From Candidatus Curtissbacteria bacterium RIFCSPLOWO2_12_FULL_41_16 (GTDB taxonomy: Bacteria > Patescibacteriota > Microgenomatia > Curtissbacterales > GWA2-41-24): 56,105 nucleotides of DNA. A program made the translations under genes and the position numbers. Positions 9,668-19,204 of this stretch are shown piece after piece; position 1 is the first letter of the stretch, and every line of letters begins with the position of its first letter. The DNA lies in the NCBI GenBank assembly GCA_001776545.1, contig MFBZ01000002.1, positions 1 through 56,105 of the forward strand, read 5' to 3'. The notes beneath the pieces are model-generated. The model was given only the letters and a program-made list of their open reading frames with translations. It did not search any database and was not told where the DNA came from.

Positions 9668-11022
9668 CGTCAGTTAAAACTTTTAAAGTCGATCAGGGAT
9701 ATTTAAATAAACTCACTGCAAACGAAAAGAAAATTTTGCCGTTTCTGATTGAGGCTGCTAAAAAGATTGATAAAGTTTTTCTCTTGCAAGAAAATAATAA
9801 TTTTAAAGGAGCCAATTTTTACCCTCATGATGCCACCAAAGAAGAGATTGAAGAAGCTGCCGCAGAGAATTCTAGAATTCTCTCGCCATTCACAGTGGTT
9901 GAGCGGGAAAAGTCTGGGAAATTAATCGATATTGATTATCATCTGAAATACTCAAAGTTACTTGCTCCGATTAGTAAATTACTACATCAGGCTTCAGCAG
10001 TTTGTGAAAACAAAAGTTTCAAGGATTATCTAGAGATTTTAGCCGGCTCATTAAGGGGCGGTTCTTATCAACAAGCTGATATTGCCTGGCTCAATGTTAA
10101 AAAATCCAATCTAGATGTGGTTATTGGTCCTCATGAAAGATACTCGGATAAACTGCTTTTTGTTAAGAAAGCATACCAGGGTAGTGTCGGAATCATTGAT
10201 CAGTCTCAAACTCAAAAAGCCAAATTTATTAGAGATATTTTATACACAACTACCGGGTATCGCCCGCACAGAATTGCTCCACCATCTATCGTAGAAATGC
10301 AAGTTCAGCGATGCTTTATTTTTGCTGGTTTTCTAGGAAGAGCTCTTTTCTCCCGACAACATCTTCCATCAGATGACGATACAACTGAAAGATACGGATC
10401 AAAAATTTTAGGATATCTATCGGCTATGGATTATAAGTTTGAAAAGCTGATTTATCCGATCTTTCGTGCGGTTTTTGAAAAAAGTTTTCAAGCAGGTTAT
10501 TCTCAAGATCTTCTAAGGCAAGGAAATTATTACTACATTCTCTTGGCCGCTATTGCCCAACAGCTTCACCGCTACCACAACTCAAGGACTAGACTTAAAG
10601 AGTTATTTCCTGTTATCGATGAGGCAAATACGGTTGCTTCAGGCATTGCCCATGCCAAACATCTTGTCTTGAAGGGTGTAATTAACCAAAAGGAATTAGA
10701 AGCTACGATGATTATTGCAATCTGCTGGATGTTCTCGGAATGGGTACTGTTCAAAAAAACCAATATCAGAGAGGATTATCTACGAGGCGATGCCTTAACC
10801 TTTAATTTTTTAATAAGACAAGGTGCTTTACAGGAGAAAGAAGGAATCTCTTGGCCCAATTTTGCCAAAATGTTTTTTGAAATGGAAAATTTAGCAGTTA
10901 TATTCACCCGTTTTCTCGAAGAAGGCGGCTATTTAGAGACACAGGAGTTTTTAGCTAAATATCTTTCATTTGATTCGTTTAAATCATTCGCTAAGCGGCT
11001 ACTTAAGATTAAGCCCCTCTAA
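9664..11022 (+). CDS. hypothetical protein, paralog of the downstream HExxH protein but lacking the HExxH motif
   Basis: 452 aa. The N-terminus LTANEKKILPFLIEAAKKIDKVF...ILSPFTVVER aligns with LSKNQRKILLSLVRAARRFGQLY...IISPYTIVSR of the next ORF. The equivalent active-site position reads IAHAKHL. Confidence 0.55.
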   Translation: MTSVKTFKVDQGYLNKLTANEKKILPFLIEAAKKIDKVFLLQENNNFKGANFYPHDATKEEIEEAAAENSRILSPFTVVEREKSGKLIDIDYHLKYSKLLAPISKLLHQASAVCENKSFKDYLEILAGSLRGGSYQQADIAWLNVKKSNLDVVIGPHERYSDKLLFVKKAYQGSVGIIDQSQTQKAKFIRDILYTTTGYRPHRIAPPSIVEMQVQRCFIFAGFLGRALFSRQHLPSDDDTTERYGSKILGYLSAMDYKFEKLIYPIFRAVFEKSFQAGYSQDLLRQGNYYYILLAAIAQQLHRYHNSRTRLKELFPVIDEANTVASGIAHAKHLVLKGVINQKELEATMIIAICWMFSEWVLFKKTNIREDYLRGDALTFNFLIRQGALQEKEGISWPNFAKMFFEMENLAVIFTRFLEEGGYLETQEFLAKYLSFDSFKSFAKRLLKIKPL

Positions 11023-11079
11023 ATAAATTAGCTTTTTACAAAAAGATAAGATAAAATCATTCTCTCAAGTAGCACTAAA

Positions 11080-12528
11080 ATGAACACTGAACGATTTTTA
11101 CACCCATTTTCCCCACAAGGGCGCTATCCAATAGGAGGAGGTAATGAAGGGCAATCAGCTCCACGCAAGTTAGAAGGCGGCAGTAATGAACTCTATACCC
11201 GGGAGTTTAAGCTTCCGTCCGAGGTGGAAGCTAGCTTGAGTAAGAACCAACGGAAAATTCTTCTGTCATTAGTGAGGGCAGCAAGACGTTTTGGACAGCT
11301 TTATACCGAGTATGATGATAAAAGTGATCCGAGGTTACCTTTTTATCCATTAGGAGTAAAAAAAGAAAGAATTCTTGACGCAGCCAAAAGCAATCCTGAG
11401 ATTATTTCCCCTTACACAATAGTTTCCAGATCGGAAAACGGCGTTTTAGTTGCTACCCCGATGCACAAGTTTTATCAAGATAAATTAAAGACCCTAGGGA
11501 TACTAGATCTTTTAAAACGGGCAGCTGATGCCGCTGGCCGCGGGAAAGACAAAGATATAAAATTGCAACGATATTTAAAAGCTAAAGCAAAAGCATTTGA
11601 GAATGGAGATTATGAAGGCGCCGAAAGAATCTGGCTGGAACGCGAAGATGAACCTATAATTGATATTGCTATTGGCTTTTACGATACCTATTCGGATAGA
11701 TTTTTAGGGATTAAATATTCTGCAGAAGCTTGGGTTGGAGTTCTAGATAGGCAATTAACCAGCGATACTCAGTGGTTTTCAGATTCATTTTTAAAATGGT
11801 GGCAACAAACGACAAGAAGGTCGGCGCCAAGAGCCAAAATGCGCATTGAGCATACCCGAATCCAGTCCGGTCAAGCCGCCAGATATGAATGGAGCGGCAA
11901 CAGTCTGCCTTGCCAATCCGGGTGGCGGGCAGCAATGGGTTCAAAATTTACCATTTTTAAGCCGGTTTTTGTAGATAAATTTCTTCATCAAAAGTTGCCC
12001 AACCTTAGAGATTTGATAGACACACGCAAAATCCAAGGCATTACCGATAGCTTTGTAAAGCTGGCCACCCTAAGAACACACATCGCCCATGAGATCGGGC
12101 ACTCCTTGGTACCCAGCGAGAATATTCAACAGCGTCTCCAAAAACATGCTGCTTGGCTAAAAGAACTTTATTGTGATCTTTTAGCACTTACCGGTTATAG
12201 ACGAGTAAAGGGTTTAAACCTTCGTGAAAGCGAAATCGCTCTGGCAATGCTTCTTTCAGAAGGCTATCTTGAATATCAAAATCAACGCAAGCGCCCTGAA
12301 TATCACAAGAAGAGTACAATCCTTTTAAACTACTTGCTCGAGGAAGGCAGTATTAGAGTCGAGGAAGGACATTTTACCTGGGAGGACACCGAAGCAGTTT
12401 TCAAAGGTATCGCCAGTTTACTTAAAGAGGTTCAAAAAATGCTAGAAGAAGGGAAATTCAGCGATGTACAGCAGTTACATGATAAGTACTTTGACCCCAC
12501 TATTTATAGACACTTCTTAATGAAGTAG
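11080..12528 (+). CDS. putative zinc metallopeptidase (HEIGH...E gluzincin-type motif; possibly DPP III/M49-like)
   Basis: 482 aa. IAHEIGHSL is followed 20 residues later by E in KELYCD. The family assignment is uncertain. Confidence 0.55.
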   Translation: MNTERFLHPFSPQGRYPIGGGNEGQSAPRKLEGGSNELYTREFKLPSEVEASLSKNQRKILLSLVRAARRFGQLYTEYDDKSDPRLPFYPLGVKKERILDAAKSNPEIISPYTIVSRSENGVLVATPMHKFYQDKLKTLGILDLLKRAADAAGRGKDKDIKLQRYLKAKAKAFENGDYEGAERIWLEREDEPIIDIAIGFYDTYSDRFLGIKYSAEAWVGVLDRQLTSDTQWFSDSFLKWWQQTTRRSAPRAKMRIEHTRIQSGQAARYEWSGNSLPCQSGWRAAMGSKFTIFKPVFVDKFLHQKLPNLRDLIDTRKIQGITDSFVKLATLRTHIAHEIGHSLVPSENIQQRLQKHAAWLKELYCDLLALTGYRRVKGLNLRESEIALAMLLSEGYLEYQNQRKRPEYHKKSTILLNYLLEEGSIRVEEGHFTWEDTEAVFKGIASLLKEVQKMLEEGKFSDVQQLHDKYFDPTIYRHFLMK

Positions 12529-12573
12529 CTTTCCAGAAAAAGATAATTCATCCTGTTTATCTTTGGATCCAAA

Positions 12574-12602
12574 TTGCATAATTTTCTTGCTTTACGTATA
12601 CT
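12574..12602 (+). promoter_or_regulatory. sigma70-like promoter (TTGCAT-17-TATACT) for lysS, giving a very short leader
   Basis: Hexamers at 12574-12579 and 12597-12602. The ATG at 12613 lies about 4-5 nt from the predicted TSS and no SD is present. Confidence 0.45.
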
Positions 12603-12612
12603 CTAAATCGGC

Positions 12613-14058
12613 ATGGAGCCTATCGAAAAACTGCGCAAAGTTCGTCTTGAAAAGCTTGAAAAAATCAGAAAACTAAAAATCGACCCGTTTCCTGCCAAAG
12701 CTCTTAAAAAGCAAACAATCGGCGAGTCTCTAAAATCGATTGGCAAAGAAGTCACAACAGCCGGCCGTATTATGGCCATCCGCAGCCATGGCGGATCGAC
12801 CTTCATGGATCTGGCAGACGAATCCGCCAAAATCCAACTGTTTTTATCTCAAGATAAACTGTCAATCGTCAATCGTGAACTGTTAACCCTACTTGACATA
12901 GGAGATTTTATCCAAGTTCGCGGCCGCGTCGGCAAAACCCAGGCAGGGGAGACAACCATTTTTGTTAGTGATTTTAAATTACTGACCAAATCGCTAAGAC
13001 CAATCCCTCAGTCTTTTTATGGTTTGAAGGATATCGAGACCCGACTTAGAAAAAGACATCTTGATTTAATTGTCAATCCGGAAGTTCGCGAGCTTTTCAT
13101 TAAGAAAACCAAATTTTGGCAATCTGTCCGTCAATTTTTACTCGAAAATGCCTTTTTAGAAGTCGAAACTCCGGCCCTTGAGCAAATTCCCGGTGGTGCC
13201 GATGCCCGGCCGTTTATAACCCGTCACCATGCCCTGAATCAGGATTTTTACTTGCGTATTTCCCTGGAGCTTTATCAAAAAAGATTATTAGTCGGCGGTT
13301 TTGAGAAAATTTTTGAAATCGGCAAGGTTTTCAGAAACGAGGGAATAGATAGCGGGCATTTACAGGATTATTTGCAAATGGAGTTTTACTGGGCTTACGC
13401 CGATTATGAAGATTTAATGGATTTTACCCAAAAATATTATCAGTTTATTGTCTATAAGACTTTAGGGACATCCGAATCGCAACATGGCGACAAGCTAATT
13501 GATTGGAGCAAAAATTGGCCCAAAATAGACTACTTGGATTCTTTTAAACAAGAAACAGGAATGGATTTGTCAAAAAAACCTAGCATTAACAAACTTTATG
13601 ATCTTGCCGAAAAAGTTGGTGCAAAACCAACCAAAAAATTAAGCGAGGGAAGACTTATCGATTTAATTTACAAAAAAGCGATAAGGCCAAAAATTATTCA
13701 ACCCACGTTTTTGATTAATCATCCTATCTTGTTATCGCCTTTGGCCAAAAAAAATCCGGCAAAACCTCAAACCGTCCAACGAGTTCAAGTGATAGCCGCC
13801 GGAACCGAGGTCGGTAACGGCTTTTCCGAACTTAATGACCCGCAAGATCAAAAAGAAAGATTCGAAGAACAACAAAGACTCAGAAAAGCAGGGGATGAAG
13901 AAGCCCAGATGTATGATCAGGATTTTGTCGAAGCCCTCGAGTATGGTATGCCCCCGGCCGCCGGTTTTGGCCTTTCCCAAAGACTATTCGCCGTGTTAGT
14001 CGACAAACCAATCCGCGAAACCGTCTTTTTTCCAACAGTTAAGCCCGGAAATAAATGA
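12613..14058 (+). CDS. lysS: lysine--tRNA ligase (class II)
   Basis: 481 aa. OB-fold N-domain, class II motifs (FRNEG, GLGLS-like GFGLSQRL) and typical LysRS blocks. Confidence 0.95.
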   Translation: MEPIEKLRKVRLEKLEKIRKLKIDPFPAKALKKQTIGESLKSIGKEVTTAGRIMAIRSHGGSTFMDLADESAKIQLFLSQDKLSIVNRELLTLLDIGDFIQVRGRVGKTQAGETTIFVSDFKLLTKSLRPIPQSFYGLKDIETRLRKRHLDLIVNPEVRELFIKKTKFWQSVRQFLLENAFLEVETPALEQIPGGADARPFITRHHALNQDFYLRISLELYQKRLLVGGFEKIFEIGKVFRNEGIDSGHLQDYLQMEFYWAYADYEDLMDFTQKYYQFIVYKTLGTSESQHGDKLIDWSKNWPKIDYLDSFKQETGMDLSKKPSINKLYDLAEKVGAKPTKKLSEGRLIDLIYKKAIRPKIIQPTFLINHPILLSPLAKKNPAKPQTVQRVQVIAAGTEVGNGFSELNDPQDQKERFEEQQRLRKAGDEEAQMYDQDFVEALEYGMPPAAGFGLSQRLFAVLVDKPIRETVFFPTVKPGNK

Positions 14059-14645
14059 AAAAGGAAGTACTCAAAAAAATTTTAAAAGTATTTTTGACAC
14101 TTCAGTGGGCCAAAGAACTTCCCCGCCAAGGATTTATCGCGCTCGGTTTTAAACGAAACGAAGCCGATTCGGTAGCGGCCCATTCATGGACCACGACAAT
14201 GCTGACTTACATGTTGGCAATGGAGATGGCGGGAGACGGCCAGAAGATTAACGTTGATAAAGCCATTAAAATGGCCCTTTTTCATGATATGGCAGAAACA
14301 ATAGTCGGTGATGTCGGAACCTTTGTGAAGGGGATGGCCAAAGGGGCCTTTGCGCCGATTGAGGAGGAAGGCCTCAAGTGGTTAGTTGCCAATCTTCCGT
14401 CTAGGAAGGAAATAACAGACCTTGTTAGTGAATATATGCGAAGGAAGACCCTGGAAGCAAGATTGGTAAAGGTTGCCGATAACTTGGATGCGCTGGCCCA
14501 GGCAAAAGGTGTGCCAGCCGCTGCCTCTGCGCTAAAATATTTTAAGGAAGTCTATCACATAACAAAAATACCCTGGCATAAAGAAGCGGTTGAGATGATT
14601 TTAAAAGATGAAGTGGTGCCGGAAAGGAGCTGGCAGAAGAAGTAA
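14055..14645 (+). CDS. HD-domain phosphohydrolase (YfbR-like)
   Basis: 196 aa with AAHSW...LFHDMAETIVGDV (H...HD...D). ATGA start/stop overlap with lysS. Confidence 0.75.
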   Translation: MKKEVLKKILKVFLTLQWAKELPRQGFIALGFKRNEADSVAAHSWTTTMLTYMLAMEMAGDGQKINVDKAIKMALFHDMAETIVGDVGTFVKGMAKGAFAPIEEEGLKWLVANLPSRKEITDLVSEYMRRKTLEARLVKVADNLDALAQAKGVPAAASALKYFKEVYHITKIPWHKEAVEMILKDEVVPERSWQKK

Positions 14646-14719
14646 ATAGTTAATCGTAAATCGTTAATGGGAAAACCCTGAAATCGCTATGAACGATAAA
14701 CTATAAACAATAAACGTCA
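14643..14719 (+). repeat. period-7 degenerate tandem repeat filling the HD-serS spacer
   Basis: Single register: TAAATAG TTAATCG TAAATCG TTAATGG ... AACGATA AACTATA AACAATA AACGTCA. Confidence 0.7.
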
Positions 14720-15981
14720 TGTTAGATATTAAATTCATCCGCGAAAATCCGAAATTAGTTGAGAAGAAGGCCAAGCAGAAAGGTTATCAGGTCGATATTG
14801 ACCGGCTTCTTACGGTTGATAAAAAGAGAAGGAAGCTGATAGAAGAAATCGATGGCTTAAGGTCTCAAAGAAAAAGGGTTGCTGAAAAAAGAGATGAGGC
14901 AAAAGGTCAGCTGATAAAAAAAGATTTAAGGGAAAAAGAAGATCAACTCGAAAGATATCAGGAGGAATTTTATACATTAATTCGCCAGATTCCCAATTTA
15001 CCCCTCGAAGATGTTCCGATTGGTAAGGATGAAACGGAAAATCAGCCGATAAGAAAATGGGGGGAACCAAAAAAATTCAGTTTTCCCGTCAAGGATTATG
15101 ATGAACTTGGAAAGACATTGGGAATTACAGATACCGAGACTGCGTCCAAAGTTACAGGGACAAGATTTGGCTATCTGAAAGGCCAAGGCGTTTTATTGGA
15201 ATTTGCCCTAATCCGGTTTGCTTTGGATTTGTTGACGAATGAGGGCCGGTTAAGAAAAATAGCCGGAGATCTCAACGCGAAACCTTTCATTCCCGTTATT
15301 CCTCCGGTTATGATCAAACCTCAAGTATTTGACAAAATGGCAAGACTCGAACCAAAAGAAGAACGATATTACATTCCTTCTGATGACCTTTATCTAATTG
15401 GCAGCGCCGAACACACACTTGGCCCAATGCATATGGAGGAGACACTCAAGGAGAAAGATTTGCCGAAAAGATATGTTGGTTTTTCGACTTCCTTTAGAAG
15501 AGAAGCCGGTTCTTACGGTAAAGACATCAAAGGAATTTTTAGGGTTCACCAGTTTGATAAATTAGAAATTGAGAGTTTTACAACCTCCGGGGATTCAGTG
15601 AAGGAGCAGGATTTTATCGTTGCGATTCAAGAACACTTAATGCGATCTTTAGAAATTCCTTATCAGGTAGTTGTGATCTGTAGCGGGGACATGGGCGGTC
15701 CGGATGCAAGACAAATAGACATTGAGGCGTGGTTTCCTTCCCAGAACAAGTATCGGGAAACTCACACCGCGGATTTAATGACAGATTACCAGGCTCGGCG
15801 GCTGGAAACAAAAGTTAGAAGAAATGACGGTAAGGTCGAATTTGTTCACATGAATGACGCTACAGTTTTTGCGGGCCGAACCCTCCTGGCAATTCTGGAA
15901 AATTATCAAGCTAAAGACGGTTCGGTTTTAGTGCCGAAAGTTCTTCAGAAATACACCGGATTTACCAAAATAACCAGCTAA
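14719..15981 (+). CDS. serS: serine--tRNA ligase
   Basis: 420 aa. N-terminal coiled-coil arm and class II core (FRREAGS, TLLAILENYQ). Confidence 0.95.
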   Translation: MLDIKFIRENPKLVEKKAKQKGYQVDIDRLLTVDKKRRKLIEEIDGLRSQRKRVAEKRDEAKGQLIKKDLREKEDQLERYQEEFYTLIRQIPNLPLEDVPIGKDETENQPIRKWGEPKKFSFPVKDYDELGKTLGITDTETASKVTGTRFGYLKGQGVLLEFALIRFALDLLTNEGRLRKIAGDLNAKPFIPVIPPVMIKPQVFDKMARLEPKEERYYIPSDDLYLIGSAEHTLGPMHMEETLKEKDLPKRYVGFSTSFRREAGSYGKDIKGIFRVHQFDKLEIESFTTSGDSVKEQDFIVAIQEHLMRSLEIPYQVVVICSGDMGGPDARQIDIEAWFPSQNKYRETHTADLMTDYQARRLETKVRRNDGKVEFVHMNDATVFAGRTLLAILENYQAKDGSVLVPKVLQKYTGFTKITS

Positions 15982-16084
15982 CTAAAATCCTTTTCCTCCA
16001 AAAGCTTTCAAAAGCCAGAAAGAATACCCGCGGAGGCTTTCTTTTGTTCTTGTCAAAAGACTGATATAATTCAAACGAAGAATT

Positions 16085-16243
16085 ATGAAATCAATCCTGT
16101 CCGAAGATGAGTTAAGTCTATTTAAAAAAAGCAATCGCGCAAGAAAACTATCCCCCAAAATTCACAAAATTGCTCACGAGTCAGGCAGGTCAACAAAAGA
16201 CTTATGGAGACGGATAGTAAAAGGGGCAAGTAAAACAAGATGA
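16085..16243 (+). CDS. possible small basic protein (52 aa)
   Basis: ATG 16085 to TGA 16241-16243 (MKSILSEDELSLFKK...). Below the ORF-track cutoff, no homology recognised. It ends 18 nt before the secA ATG. Confidence 0.25.
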   Translation: MKSILSEDELSLFKKSNRARKLSPKIHKIAHESGRSTKDLWRRIVKGASKTR

Positions 16244-16261
16244 CTGGTGAGGTTTCATAAA

Positions 16262-19204
16262 ATGCTCGGATTCTTAGGCCGTTTTTTAGATTCAAACGAA
16301 AAGCAAATTGCCAAGCTTCAACCCATTGTTGAGGCGGTAAATGGCCTTGAGAAAAACTTCCAAAAACTAACCGACGAAAAGCTTAAATCCAAAACCGCGG
16401 AGTTTAAATTGCGATGCCAGCGGAAAGAATCGCTTGACGATCTCCTGCCCGAAGCCTACGCGGCAGTTCGCGAAGCTTCAAGACGGACTTTGGGCCAGAG
16501 ACACTTTGACGTTCAAATCACGGCCGGCATCGTTCTTCATCAGGGCAAGATTGCCGAGCAAAAAACAGGCGAGGGAAAAACTCTAACCGCCTCTCTCCCT
16601 CTTTATTTGAACTCCCTTGCCGGTCGCGGGGTCCATCTTGCAACCGTTAACGACTATTTGGCTAGAATCGGTCTTGGCTGGATGGGGCCAATTTACAGCG
16701 CCCTTGGAGTTTCGGCTGGTTGCATCATGCATGAGCAGGCGTATATTTATGATCCAAAATATGAAGACAAGACCCAAACCGACTGGCGCTTAAGGCATCT
16801 TCGTCCGGTCGACAAAAAAGAGGCTTATGGCGTGGACATCACTTATGGGACCAATAACGAATTCGGCTTCGATTATTTACGCGATAATATGGTTTGGAAT
16901 CTTTCGGAGATGGCCCAACGCGGCCATCATTTTGTCATTGTCGATGAGGCGGACTCTATTCTTATTGATGAAGCCAGAACCCCCCTTATCATCTCCGCGC
17001 CCAGTTTTCAGGCCACCGACAAATATTACCAGTTCGCCAAGTTAGTTGAAGAGCTCTCCTCCGCCACCGATTATGTTATTGACGAAAAATTAAAGACAGC
17101 CAATCTTACCGAACACGGCATTAGAAAAGTCGAAAAACGTCTCGGCGTGGAAAATCTTTACGAAAAAGATTTTGCTGCGATCCATCACATTCAACAGGCG
17201 CTTCGCGCGAAAACGCTCTTTGCCAAAGATCGCGATTATGTCGTCAAAGACGGCGAGATAATCATAGTCGACGAATTCACGGGCAGGCTTATGCCCGGAC
17301 GCCGCTGGTCCGAAGGTCTTCACCAGGCGATTGAGGCCAAAGAAGGGGTAAAAATTGAACAGGAATCGCAGACTCTGGCTACAATTTCTTTTCAAAATTA
17401 TTTCCGCCTGTACGAAAAATTAGCCGGTATGACCGGAACTGCCGCCACGGAAGCCGAAGAATTCCACAAAATTTACAAGCTTGAAGTAATCGTTGTTCCG
17501 ACCCACAAACCGATGATTAGGGACAATATGCCGGACGTTGTTTATAAAACTGCCAAAGCAAAATTCACGGCAGTCGCGGTTGATGTGCAGGTCCGGCACC
17601 AAAAAGGCCAACCGGTTTTAATTGGCACTACCTCGATTGAAAAGAATGAATTTCTCTCGTCTCTTTTGAAAAGAAAAGGCATTCCCCACCAGGTTTTAAA
17701 TGCTAAAAATCATCAGAGGGAAGCGGAAATCATTTCCCAGGCCGGTCAGAAAAACGCGGTAACTTTAGCTACCAATATTGCCGGCCGCGGGGTCGACATT
17801 ATCTTAGGCGGTACTTCCCCGACGGACAAGCTTGGAAGACCCGAGACGGGAGGAGGCCAGTTTCAAAAATGGCAAAAAGATCACGATGAAGTAGTCGCGC
17901 TTGGCGGGCTGCACGTTGTTGGCACCGAAAGACACGAAGCCAGACGCATCGACAATCAACTCCGCGGTCGTTCGGGTCGTCAGGGCGACCCCGGTTCTTC
18001 CCGTTTTTATGTTTCTTTAGATGACGATATTATGCGGCTTTTCGGCGGTGAGGCAATTGCCAAAATTATGACCGCCTTCAAACTGCCGGAAGACACCCCC
18101 ATTGAACACTCAATGGTAGGTCATGCCATTGAAAATGCCCAGATTAAAGTGGAATCCCACAATTTCGATATCCGCAAGCACTTGGTTGAATACGATGACG
18201 TCGCCAATAAACAGAGAGAAATCATTTATGGAATGCGCCGTGATGTCCTGGAGGCTGCCCAGGATCAAAAGATGGCTCAAAAAATCAGAGAGGATATCCG
18301 GGCCAAAATTGATCGGGAGATCGAAAATCTCGTCATGATGCATGCACCCGAAGGTATTCAAAAACCTGAATATGAAAAAATTTTAAAAGAGCTTGCCGCC
18401 ATTATTCCCTTTGACGAGACTTCCCAGAAGAAATTACAAGAAGATTGCCAAAAAATCGAAAGTCCCCAAAAACTCGTCCAGTTTCTTAAAGGAGTCGTTG
18501 ACCAGGTTTACACAAACCGCCAGTCTGGTCTTGGCGAGGCGGTCGCCCGGGATATTGAAAAATTTTCGGCTCTTTCTGTTATCGATACTTTATGGATCGG
18601 GCATCTGGACTCACTTGATGATTTGCGTGATGGTATTGGACTTCGTGCCGCCGGCCAGCGCGATCCTTTAGTCGAATATAAGCAGGAAGCCTTTAACCTT
18701 TTCGAAAAATTAATATCCAGCATTGATTACGAAATAGTCCACCGCGTCTTCAAAGTTCAGATCCGCCAGGAACCGACCATTGAAAGAATCGAGGAGCAAG
18801 GGGTGGAAGTCCACCCGGAGGCGAAATTAACTTCCGATGATCAGCAATCAGCAGCAGATCAACAACACCTCCGAGGTGGAGGAATTGCCGCCGAAGGCGG
18901 CAAGGGACACCTCGGAGGTGAAGAGAAAGTTAGCGGTTTGGCGAAAGATCCCACGCAAATGTCCGACGAGGAACTCAACGCCGAAATCACCCGCCTCGAA
19001 GCTCTGGAAGCCCAAAAAGGTCAAATCTCCACCCCCGGGGTGGGCTTTGACTCCCCGGGGGTGAGCCCGTTCTCGCAGCCTATCAAAATCCCCAAAATCG
19101 GCCGCAACGACCCCTGCCCATGCGGAGCGATCAACCCACAAACCGGTAAGCCATACAAATATAAGAAGTGCGGAATGATCAATGCGCCACAGCATAAAGG
19201 ATGA
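16262..19204 (+). CDS. secA: preprotein translocase ATPase SecA with an extended C-terminal tail
   Basis: Canonical N-terminus MLGFLGRFLDSNEKQI at ATG 16262, preceded by GGTGAGG. Motifs KTGEGKTL and DEADSILIDEARTPLII, and C-terminal zinc finger CPCG...KKCG. The ORF track starts at GTG 16247. Confidence 0.95.
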   Translation: MLGFLGRFLDSNEKQIAKLQPIVEAVNGLEKNFQKLTDEKLKSKTAEFKLRCQRKESLDDLLPEAYAAVREASRRTLGQRHFDVQITAGIVLHQGKIAEQKTGEGKTLTASLPLYLNSLAGRGVHLATVNDYLARIGLGWMGPIYSALGVSAGCIMHEQAYIYDPKYEDKTQTDWRLRHLRPVDKKEAYGVDITYGTNNEFGFDYLRDNMVWNLSEMAQRGHHFVIVDEADSILIDEARTPLIISAPSFQATDKYYQFAKLVEELSSATDYVIDEKLKTANLTEHGIRKVEKRLGVENLYEKDFAAIHHIQQALRAKTLFAKDRDYVVKDGEIIIVDEFTGRLMPGRRWSEGLHQAIEAKEGVKIEQESQTLATISFQNYFRLYEKLAGMTGTAATEAEEFHKIYKLEVIVVPTHKPMIRDNMPDVVYKTAKAKFTAVAVDVQVRHQKGQPVLIGTTSIEKNEFLSSLLKRKGIPHQVLNAKNHQREAEIISQAGQKNAVTLATNIAGRGVDIILGGTSPTDKLGRPETGGGQFQKWQKDHDEVVALGGLHVVGTERHEARRIDNQLRGRSGRQGDPGSSRFYVSLDDDIMRLFGGEAIAKIMTAFKLPEDTPIEHSMVGHAIENAQIKVESHNFDIRKHLVEYDDVANKQREIIYGMRRDVLEAAQDQKMAQKIREDIRAKIDREIENLVMMHAPEGIQKPEYEKILKELAAIIPFDETSQKKLQEDCQKIESPQKLVQFLKGVVDQVYTNRQSGLGEAVARDIEKFSALSVIDTLWIGHLDSLDDLRDGIGLRAAGQRDPLVEYKQEAFNLFEKLISSIDYEIVHRVFKVQIRQEPTIERIEEQGVEVHPEAKLTSDDQQSAADQQHLRGGGIAAEGGKGHLGGEEKVSGLAKDPTQMSDEELNAEITRLEALEAQKGQISTPGVGFDSPGVSPFSQPIKIPKIGRNDPCPCGAINPQTGKPYKYKKCGMINAPQHKG
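18866..18920 (+). repeat. palindromic CACCTC-S-GAGGTG element pair inside the secA CDS
   Basis: CACCTCCGAGGTG (18866-18878) and its reverse complement CACCTCGGAGGTG (18908-18920) flank the inner hairpin TTGCCGCC-GAA-GGCGGCAA. Confidence 0.85.
19030..19064 (+). repeat. copy of the 35-nt palindromic element inside the secA CDS
   Basis: CACCCCCGGGGTGGGCTTTGACTCCCCGGGGGTGA is 30/35 identical to the intergenic copy at 32515-32549. Four of the five differences form two compensatory pairs. Confidence 0.85.
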
